A DNA stretch of 64,000 nucleotides, taken from the NCBI GenBank assembly GCA_030390025.1, contig CM059432.1:36892001-36956000 (forward strand), written 5' to 3'. The notes beneath the pieces are model-generated. The model saw only the letters and a program-made list of their open reading frames with translations, ran no database searches and was not told the DNA's origin. This stretch comes from Squalus acanthias (Eukaryota). This document shows, one piece after another, positions 54,694 through 64,000 of the stretch. The position numbers and the translations under genes are program-made. Each line of letters starts with the position of its first letter. Positions within the stretch are counted from its first letter, which is position 1.

Positions 54694-56402
54694 AGAACTG
54701 CATGCCGATGCTCGAATTTTGCACCACCCGTGCCATCCTCCTCTACATCCGTCTCGCCCCCTGAACTGCTTTCGGTGGCATCAGAATCGAAAGCCCTCTC
54801 TGAAGTCCTGAGTTTTGCAGTCACGCTGGACACCAGTTTTAGCAGATCCTCAGAAACAGCTCGATCTTTCACAAAACCAGAGAAAGTATCCCCATTCGGC
54901 GAAGATAACAAACATTTACTGCTCGCGTCAGATCGAAGGGAAGAGCTGGGACTGGAATGAACACCACCACCTCCTTCCGAATCCGTTCTTGGAAAATTAC
55001 TCCTCAGCAGCAAAGATCCAGCCTGCAGTGCGCTGTTCCCGTGCAAAGTGCTTTTGTGTTTATTATTACTGCTACAACTGTTATTAATAAGACTTTCGGT
55101 GAAAGAGGAAGAAAACTGCTTTAAACTGTGCCCCACCAAACCTGCCAGCTGCTGCTGGGCATGGCGCTCCACCTGCTTGGCTTGTACTACCTGCAAACGC
55201 TTGCAGAGCCTGTGAGCCCTGCCCCTGATCTCAGCTTGTTTACTGGCAACTAATAAACTCTGAGCACTCACCTCATCCTGACTAATATTATTATTGTGAC
55301 TACTATTAACATTGCTACTGAGACTATTATAATTATTATGATGGTTAATGTTGTTACTATTAGTACTGTTCCTCCCATCGGGATGTTTTTTTTTGTTTTG
55401 GGTCTCAGTCCCCATACAATTATTAGGATTTATTTCGCCGCAGCGAGCTTTAAGCGAACCTCCACCGGGGTTGGAGCCATAAAGTTCGGCTCGACATCCG
55501 TACTCGAGGCCGGGGATTTTGCTGCTGCCTTTGGACAGTAGGCCGAGGTCGGAGGTGGCGGTGTTGGTAGTTGTCTGCAGCCGGAGCCAGCGGCTTTTAT
55601 CCGGGTTCCCCTTGCCAGGCGAGGCCGAGTTCAGCGAGATGGCGCCGTTACTCCGCTGGACGCCACAGCCGCCCGCCGCTTTGTTGTTGCCGTTCACCAG
55701 GCCAAAGTCGCGGCTGAGATAAGGCGGCTCTTTGGCCAGGCCGTTGCCAGCGGTGTTCGAGCCCGGTGCCTTGCCCCTCTCCTTCTCCTCGCCCACGGTG
55801 GTGGAGAAAAATCCATCGGAATTCATTCCGTCCTGGCACTTGCCGCAAAGCCGCGAGTCCCCCCTATTTAGGCCGAGGCCGGGGTCTGCCGTAGAACTCA
55901 CCCCCCGCTGCTGCGGCTCCCCGGCCTGGTGGTGGCGACTGTGCCGACGGTGAGGAGAATGGTGGCGGTGGTTGTGATGGTTGTGGTGGTTATAGTTATT
56001 TGTCTCGGGCTCTTTCGCTCCTCCTCGAGCTGCCGCGGCGCACCTCTCGCCGCTGCCGAGGTAAAAAGGCTCGGGCTCGGGGCGCCGCCGCACTCTGGTC
56101 GGCCGGGCCAAGAAGAGAGAGTCCATACGGTCGACGGAGAAATATAAAGGGCCGGCGAGTTTTTTATTTTTATTATTTTCCTCCCCTTCGCCTTCGTCTA
56201 CAGTGCCGTTAGCGGCCGAAGAAGAAAGCGGCGAAGACGAGGGCGGCGAGGACGCTGATGAAGGAGGCGACGACGACAACAGCGGCAGTAGTGATGATGA
56301 CGACGCCACCTCCAAGTTGAGTCCGTGGTGCTGCTGCCGCGCTTCGCCAGCGCTTTCACTCACAGCCGGGGAAGCCATTCGCTTCAAGCGGCCGGCGGCC
56401 AT
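54694..56402 (-). CDS. KANSL1: Large N-terminal coding exon of a KANSL1-family protein (KAT8 regulatory NSL complex subunit 1 or a divergent paralog); gene continues toward lower coordinates
   Basis: ORF 54690..56441 contains [32 protein letters not shown] and LRTSERAFDSDATESSSGGETDVEE...EHRHAVL, matching recalled KANSL1 motifs ([50 protein letters not shown]). The ORF stop lies inside a GTAAGT donor (+ strand acttac 54688-54693), giving a phase-2 exon end at 54694. Likely start is AAGATGG at 56402 (MAAGRLKRMASPAVSESAGEA, similar to MAAMAPALTDAAAEA). Orthology to KANSL1 itself is uncertain. Confidence 0.85.
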
Positions 56403-56545
56403 CTTGTTTTTTTTCTCCTCTCCCCTCCCCCACCCTCCCATCTATAGCTCTCCTCCCCTCCCCCTTCACTCACTTACACTCCCTCCCCCATCACAAAATG
56501 GCGGCCGCGACTAGTCACGGGGAAAAAGCGCGCGCACCCGCATTT
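55430..56545. promoter_or_regulatory. CpG island / probable promoter with two oppositely oriented YY1-type motifs
   Basis: Sharp local rise in GC and CpG against a CpG-depleted background. CAAAATGGCGGC at 56494-56505 (+) and CAAGATGGCCGCC over the start codon (-, ~56394-56406). Confidence 0.7.
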
Positions 56546-57364
56546 CTAACCGACAATCTAGGTCAAAGCAAGGAAGAAAATCTCCTCACAGGCATTAATA
56601 TTCTATATCACTTACTATTTTCCTCTGTCATTTTCCCCTTTATTTTACGCCTATATTTTCCCCTCAACACCCATGATTTATATCCAAAATTGCAGATGTT
56701 ATTTCAAAACCTTCATCCTGTACTTATGCTATTAGAAAAAGGTAGGTTTATTTATTTCGTTGCATAAATACAGCTTGATTGAACTTTAAAACATAAACTT
56801 TATGAAAAATGATGGGGATTAACAATTTGTAATCATTGTATCATTCGGGTATTAAAATTACGCAGACATTTAATATGTAAATTCTGACTGAATTTCCTAA
56901 ATGTCCCTCGTTACAAAGTGTAAACATTCAACTGCCGCTTATTCTGGGTTGTGCCGTGACTTTAGATCCTGTTTGTAAGTGTCCTTTAGCCCTCCACGAT
57001 CAGTGATCACAGCTGCACTGATGCTGCAGCTTTATAATGTAAATTGGAAATATTTCAAGAAATTAGAAATATTTCAAGGAACTGGTAATATATAAAATGT
57101 AACTACACTGCCCTTCCCCTCCCCCACCCACATCTTCTAACCTATTGCAAAGAGGTAGAGGACACATGTTTGCTCAATCCAACCCATCCATCTGCAGTTA
57201 CTACACTCAGTGTGCAAGGTACTGATTTGTACCAGGAGGTAGAGTTGAACACATTGCAGCGCACAGTTGCTCATGTTTCTGGTCAGTCATTGACTGAGGA
57301 AATGTGCTAGAACCCTAAATTACAGGATTTTTTAAAAATGGAATAAAACAAAATATTCATTTAA

Positions 57365-57710
57365 TATTGGACAGGAATATACTATTCAGCCCCTCAAGCC
57401 TGTTCTGCCATTCAGTTAGACCATGGCTGATCTGTGTCTTACTTCCCACTACCCACCTTGGTTCCATAACCCTTAATACCCATGCCTAACAAAACTCCAT
57501 CAATCTCTGTTTTGAAATTTTTGATTGACCTTGCCTCAACAGCTTGTTGGGGATAGAGTTCCAGATTTGCACTACCCTTTGTGTGAAAAAGTGCTTCCCG
57601 ACACCACCCCTGAACAGCCTAGCTCTAATTTTAAGATTATGCCCCCTTGTTTTGGACTCTCACCAGTGGAAATAGTTTTACATACCTTAACACCTTTAAA
57701 TCATCTTAAC
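57365..57710 (-). mobile_element. CR1 3' fragment
   Basis: gcccctcaagcctgttctgccattcag...catggctgatctg; homologous to 39947-40290. Confidence 0.75.
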
Positions 57711-57746
57711 AATTGTTTTTATTACATACTCCAACACATCTACATA

Positions 57747-57805
57747 GAAAAACAAAATACAGATGCTGCCTGATCTGCTGAGTATTTCCAGCATTTTCTG
57801 TTTTT
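57747..57805 (+). mobile_element. 59-bp Penelope terminal fragment with an 11-bp TSD
   Basis: ACATCTACATA at 57736-57746 and 57806-57816; body matches 52758-52803. Confidence 0.7.
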
Positions 57806-57840
57806 ACATCTACATACAAGTTAGCGCTATACACAAATAC

Positions 57841-58530
57841 GGAGATGCCGGTGTTGGACTGGGGTGGACAAAAATGAGAAGTCACACAACACCAGGTTAT
57901 AGTCCAACAGTTTTATTTGAAATCATGAGCTTTCGAAGCGCTGCTCCTTCGTCAGGTAAAGTGAAGGAATACAAATCAGCAAAGCATATATAGACAGAAC
58001 AATGTGTTGCGTACAGTGTCAGACGACTACAGTAAATCTTACTGACTGCCCTCCATCACACCTCGGCAGAGATACAATCACGTCAGTCAGGAAGGCATTA
58101 CATCAAAGACACAGCAAAATACAGCTAAGACAATGAGGTGGGGTCACAGGGGGTCCAACGTGTCAAATGCTGCAGTCTGTATGGTTAAGCTTTTTACTTT
58201 TTTTTTAAAACTGGAAATCACATCTGTGAACAAGCCAACGACGACTCGAGTCTGGATGACTCTACGTCATGTAGCGTGACATGAAACCAAGATCCCGGTT
58301 GAGGCCGTCCTCATGGGTGCGGAACTTGGCTATCAGTTTCTGCTCGATGATTTTGCGTTGTCGTGTGTCTCGAAGGCCGCCTTGGAGAACGCTACACATT
58401 GTTCTGTCTATATATGCTTTGCTGATTTGTATTCCTTCACTTTACCTGACGAAGGAGCAGCGCTCCGAAAGCTCGTGATTTCAAATAAAACTGTTGGACT
58501 ATAACCTGGTGTTGTGCGACTTCTCATTTT
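57841..58530 (-). mobile_element. 5'-truncated Penelope-like element with an inverted partial terminal repeat
   Basis: Minus strand 58270-58392 encodes a PLE ORF C-terminus (VLQGGLRDTRQRKIIEQKLIAKFRTHEDGLNRDLGF). Arms 57871-58012 and 58389-58530 are inverted copies. Possible TSD ATAYACAAATAC. Confidence 0.82.
58442..58478 (+). ncRNA. Minimal hammerhead ribozyme motif (mirror copy on the minus strand at 57923-57959)
   Basis: TTAC-CTGACGA-A-GGAGC(AGC)GCTCC-GAAA-GCTC-GTGA. Confidence 0.75.
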
Positions 58531-59763
58531 TAATATACAAATACAACTTCCTTTGTCACATTTCCTGTCACACTTTGGTAATAACATTCCCATTAACAAA
58601 CAGCATATACTTCAACTTGCTGTAAGCAACACACACAATCACTGAACCACACAGCCTTTGAAGCTACCATATTTGTTCCCTGGTTTGTGTTGGGTGAATT
58701 GGTGGGAGGGGTGTGCTACATTTTATTTCAGTGCTTTTAGGCTGGGATGGGGATTTCCAAATCAGCAGGATCCTCTTCCAGATCAATAGACAATGATCCT
58801 TGCTGCAAAATGGATATTGGAAAAGGAAAGGCTCACGTGAAAATAACTTGCATTTTTTTAAGTGCCTTTCACTTCCTTGGGATGTTGCAAAATGCTTCAA
58901 TACCGATGGATTACTTTTTAAGTGTCGTTACTTATGTTTATTGTCTTCGTAATATCACTGCAGCTCACACCCGAATATGCCAATTGGGCAAGGTAGTGGC
59001 GAACTACCTTTACTTGAGCTTAGTGCCTCAAGAGTTGCTGAGGTTACAAAAAGGAGCAAGTTCAAAATAAATACTACAGGTAGTAAAGCTGCAGTGTCCA
59101 AACAAATCTATCCAACAATCAGGCAACTGGGCTCACAGGGCTTTCCAAACCAATGAAATTTCAACAGAACAAGCTACTGAATTAATGAGTGAGTAGAACA
59201 GTTACCTGGGCTTCATGGGACAGATTACCAAGGATCATGGTCCGCAGTTTGGATACTCTAGCCTATTGCTCCAAAGTACTGTAATCAAACATCTTTTTTC
59301 ACCAGTTTTCTACCCTTCCCTTTTGCTGTCTTCAATGTGTTTACTTCTTGCTGGAGTATTATTACACAGGCGCCAGTTAACCTCTGGTACCTCACCAAAG
59401 TAGCCATTTTTCGTGCATGAGCCAAGACAGCAAATGCCGGCAGGATATTCAAAGCCAAGAGGTACCAGAGTGAAGCCAAATCTTGTCCTCATCTAACGTT
59501 CAGCATTTGTCACTGGATAGGAATCAGGAACAGAAATCTTGGCTGATTTTCCAACCCACTCCTCTCTAGCTCAGGAGTGTAAAGACCACTTCCAGCACCC
59601 CTCCTACTGCCCAAGCTGAGATCCCCCAGCTGAAGATCATAAGATCACAAGTAAATGCTGCCAGTCAGCCCAAACTAGATCATCCATTCTAAAAACAAAA
59701 ACCTACAGTCTCCACATCAGTGTTCTGCTGCTTGTTAAATGATTACATGTTTTTGCCTCCAAA

Positions 59764-62700
59764 GTAATCCAGTGGCCTGGACTAATGATCTGGAGACGTG
59801 AATTCAAATCCCACCACGGCATAAATCTTGAATAAAGCGCTAGTATCAGTAATAGTGACCATGAAAGTACCAGATTGTCGTAAAAACCCATCTGGTTCAC
59901 TAATGTCCTTAAGGGAAAGAAATCTGCCGTCCTTAACTGGTCTGGTCTACATGTGACTCCAGACCCACAGCAATGTGGTTGACTCTTAACTGCCCTAACA
60001 AGCTACTCAGTTGTATTAAACCACTGCGAAAAACAAGAATAAAACCAGACAAACCACCCGGCATCGGCTTCTGACACGACAAAGGCACACCCAGCTCAAT
60101 CAACCCTGCAAAATCCTCCTCACTAATATCTGGGGACTTGTGCCAAAATTGGGAGTGCTGTCCCACAGACTAGTCAAGCAACAGACTGACATAGTCATAC
60201 TCACAGAATCATACTTTTCATCCGATGTCCCAGACTCTCCATCACCATCCCTGGGTATGTCCTGTCCCACAGGCAGGACAGACCCATCAGAAGTGGCGGC
60301 ACAGTGGTATACAGTCAGGAGTGGCCCGAGGAGTACTCAACATTGACGCCAACCCTCTTGAAGTCTCACGGTTTCAGGTCAAGCATGGGCAAGGAAACCT
60401 CCTGCTGATTGCAACCTACCACCCTCCCTCTGCTGATGAATCAGTACTCCATGTTGGACACCACTTGGAAGAAGCACTGAGGGATATGCTGGGCCATGAT
60501 GTTACGGGGGGGGGGAACGGACTTCAATGTCCATCACCAAGAGTGGCTCAGAAGCACAGCTACTGACCGGCTAGCCGACTCCTGAAGAACATAGCTGCCA
60601 GACTGGGCCTGGAGCAGGTGGTGATAACACCAATACGAGGGGAAAAAACTTCGTCCTCGCCAATCTATCTGTCACAGATGCATCTGTCCATGACAGTATT
60701 GGTAGCAGTGACCACCGCACAGTCCTTGTGGAGACAAAATCCTGTCTTCACACTGAGGACACCCTCTACTGTGCTAAATGGACAAGATTCAGAACAGATC
60801 TAGCAGCTCAAAACTGAGCATCCAAGAGGCGCTGTGGGCCATCAACAGCAGCAGAATTGTATTCCACCACAATCTGTAACCGCATGGCCTGGCATATTCT
60901 TCAGTCTACCATTACCATCAAGCCATGCGACCAACCCTGGTTCAATGAGGAGTGTAAAGTGCATGCCAGGAGCAGCACCAGGTGTACCTAAAAATCAGGT
61001 GCCAACCTGGTATGCTGCAACACAAGCCTACATGCATGCTAAACAGCGGTGACAGAGCTAAGCGATCCCACAACCAACAGATCAGATCAAAGCTCTGCAG
61101 TCCTGCCACATCCAGCCTTGAATGGTGGTGGACAATTAAACAACTAACAGGAGGAGGAGGTTCCATGAACCTCCACATCCTCAATGATGGCAGAGCCCAG
61201 CATGCGAGTGCAAAAGACAAGCCTGAAGCGTTTGCAACCATCTTCAGCCAAAAGTGCCGAGTGAATGATCCATCTCGGCCTCCACCCGAAGTCCCCACTA
61301 TCACAGAAGCCAGTCTTCAACCAATTTGATTCACTCCACGTGATATCAAGAAACGGCTGAGCGCACTCGATACAACAAAGGCTATGGGCCCCGACAAAAT
61401 CCCGGCAGTCATGCTGAAGACTTGGACTCTAGAACTAGCCGTGCCTCGAGCCACGCTGTTCCAGTCAGCTACAACACTGGCATCTACCCGACAATGGCAC
61501 ATATGTCCTGCCAAAAGCAGGACAAAACCAATCCGACCAATTACTGCCCATCAGTCTACTCTCAATCATCAGCAAAGTGATGGAAGATGTTGTCAACAGT
61601 GCTATCAAGCGGCACTTACTCCCCAATAACCTGCTCACCGTTGCTCAGTTTGGGTTCTGCCAGGAGCAGTCGGCTTCAGACCGCATTACAGCATTGATCC
61701 AAACATGGACAAAGAGCTGAATTCCAGATGTGAGGGAAAGTGACTGTCCTTGACATCAAGGCAGCATTTGACCAAGTGTGGCATCCAGGAGTCCTAATAA
61801 AATTGAAGTCAATGGAAATCAGGGGGGAAACTGTCCACTGGCTGGAGTCATACCTCGCACAAAGGAAGATGGTTGTGGTGGTTGGAGGTCAATCATCACA
61901 GCCCCAGGACATCGCTGCAGGAGTTCCTCAGGGCAGTGTCAACGGCCCAACCATCTTCAGCTGCTTCATCAATGACCGTCCCTCCAACATAAGGTCAGAA
62001 GTGGGGATGTTTGCTGATGACTGCAGCGTTCAGTGCCATTTGCAACTCCTCAGATAATTTAACAGTCCATGCCTGCATGCAGCAAGACCTGGACGACATT
62101 CAGGCTTGGGCTGATAAGTGGCAGGTAACATTCGCGTCATACAAGTGCCAGGCAATGACTATCTCCAACAAGCAAGCGTCTAACCACCGCCCCATGACAT
62201 TCAATGGCATTACCATCGCCGAATCCCCCACCATCAATATCCTGTGGGTCACCATTGACCAGAAACTTAACTGGACCAGCCACTTAAATACTGTGGCAAC
62301 AAGAGCAGGTCAGAGGCTGGGTATTCTGCGGCAAGTATCTCCCCTCCTAACTCCCCAAAACCTTTCCACCATCTACAAGGCACAAGTCAGGAGTGTGATG
62401 GAATACCCTCCACTTGCCTGGATGAGTGCAGCTCCAACAACACTCAAGAAGCTCGACACCATCCAGGACAAAGCAGCCCGCTTGATTGGCACCCCATCCA
62501 CCACCTTAAACATTCACGTCCTCCACCACTGGCGTACCGTGGCTGCAGTGTGTACCATCTACAAGATGCACTGCAGCAACTCGCCAAGGCTTTTCCGGAA
62601 GCACCTCCCAAACCAGTGACCTCTACCATCTAGAAGGACAAGGGCAGCAGGCGCATGGGAACACCACCACCTCCAGGTTCCCCTCCAAGTCACACACCAT

Positions 62701-62900
62701 CCTGACTTGGAAGTATATCGCCGTTCCTTCATTGTCGCTGGGTCAAAATTGTGGAAGTCCCTCCCTAACAGCACTGTGGGAGTACCTTCACCACACGGAC
62801 TGCAGCAGTTCAAGAAGGAGGTTCATCACCACCTTCTCATGGGCAACAAATGCTGGCCTTGCCAACGACGCCCACACCTCATGAACGAGTAACAAAAAAC
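59764..62900 (+). mobile_element. Apparently full-length single-ORF CR1-group LINE (APE + RT, frameshifted) with a SINE-like 5' end
   Basis: DIVILTES, TYHPPS, ggtagcagtgaccac (GSSDH), [41 protein letters not shown]. 5' B-box-like ttcaaatcc and core ctggttcactaatgtcctt; A-rich tail. Confidence 0.88.
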
Positions 62901-62996
62901 AACGTAACCATTATAGGTTATCTGCTCAATTATGTCATTACTGCTTGTATGATCTTGCTGTGCGTATATTGGCTGCTGCCTATAAAGAAAAGAAAC

Positions 62997-63450
62997 ACTT
63001 GCATTTATATAGTGCCTTTCACGACCACCGGACGTCTCAAAGCGCTTTACAGCCAATGAAGTACTTTGGAGTGTAGTCACTGTTGTAATGTGGGAAAGGC
63101 GGCAGCAATTTCCACACCGCAAGCTTCCACAAACAGCAATGTGATAATGACCAGATAATCTGGGTTTTTTTTGTGTTAGGTTGATTGAGGGATAAATATT
63201 GGCCAGGGAAACTCCCCTGCTCTTTTTCAAAATAGTGCCATGGGATCTTTTACTTCCACCTGAGAGCGCAGACAGGACCTCGGTTTAACGTCTCATCCGA
63301 AAGACGGCACCTCCGACAGTGCAGCACTCACTCAGCTCTGCACTGCAGTGTCAGCCTAGCTTTATGTGCTCAAGTCCCTGGAGTGGGACTTGAACCCACA
63401 ACCTTCTGACTCAGAGGCGAGTGTGCTACCCACTGCGCCACAGCTGACAC
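62997..63450 (-). mobile_element. Full-length Deu-domain SINE
   Basis: Reverse complement of 44505-44936. Confidence 0.88.
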
Positions 63451-63896
63451 TTTTGATTATATTAAAAACAATAACAAGATTTCAAAAGTAATGCATTGGC
63501 TGTCAAGTGGTGAGGACATAAAAGGCACCGTCAAAAAGTCTTTATTTTATACAATTGGGCTCAGCAGCCCCAAGTTATGATGGAAGGGGTAAAAAAAAAA
63601 ATAGCCACGGTTCCCATTCCTGATAGCCGTCCACTGATTGCTGATGTAAAGTGGACGTGCGCACTTTGCTTAAAGGACAGGATTGGGCTCAGCAGGAATG
63701 GCCACTTGGGTAAGGTACAAGAGGATGACTGGAACCTGTGGAACTGTACCTCACCAAGAGTCAGCAACTCCAGGAGAGAAGGGGAGGAAATTGACAGGAA
63801 AAGAGAAAAATTTACTTGTAAAATGATTTGAATAAAATGTGACAAGGCAAGTTTTAAAGTCCGTTCTTTTACCAAGCAATTTATTTGGAAGCCACG

Positions 63897-64000
63897 ACAA
63901 CAACAACAACTTGTATTTATATAGTGCCTTTAACGTAGTAAAACATCCCAAGGCGCTGCACAGGATTTTTAGAAGACAAAAGGTTTGATACCAAGCCACA
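63897..64000 (-). mobile_element. L2 3' end (cut by window edge)
   Basis: (caa)n cttgtatttatatagtgcctttaacgtagtaaaacatcccaaggcgctgcacagga is the reverse complement of 26027-26093. Confidence 0.85.

Noticed and set aside
56403..56441. Upstream in-frame ATG (MGGWGRGEEKKNK) as the start codon
   Set aside because: Weaker context and a low-complexity purine tract; KANSL1 similarity starts at the later MAAG/MASPA. Not formally excluded.
54730..56767. Plus-strand and alternative-frame ORFs overlapping the KANSL1-like exon
   Set aside because: Shadow ORFs typical of GC-rich coding sequence; no recognisable domains.
1..64000. CRISPR arrays, operons, rRNA or viral genes
   Set aside because: No regularly spaced repeats, prokaryotic gene structure, rRNA, or recognisable viral/LTR proteins seen.

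Overview
Vertebrate genomic DNA, most likely a shark (cartilaginous fish), judged from its repeats: HE1/V-SINE, Deu-domain SINEs, abundant CR1 and L2 LINEs, and Penelope-like elements. The only host coding sequence I can support is one large minus-strand exon (about 56402 to 54694, with a GTAAGT donor) in a CpG island. It encodes the N-terminal ~570 aa of a divergent KANSL1-family (NSL complex) protein. The sequence from 54693 down to 1 is probably its long, TE-filled intron; I could not find the next exon. Most other listed ORFs are decayed retroelement fragments or chance ORFs. Best second-look items: (i) Penelope-derived minimal hammerhead ribozymes, including a 106-bp ribozyme-only insertion with a 13-bp TSD and a 142-bp inverted pair upstream of the gene; (ii) an apparently full-length single-ORF LINE whose 5' end is a SINE head plus core, with a matching short SINE in the same window; (iii) a hairpin-rich MITE with three consensus splice donors in the host-gene sense; (iv) a 148-bp duplication flanking a CR1 insertion; (v) multi-level nested insertions. 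Repeat boundaries were set by eye and are approximate unless TSD/TIR coordinates are given. Family names are from memory, not database searches.
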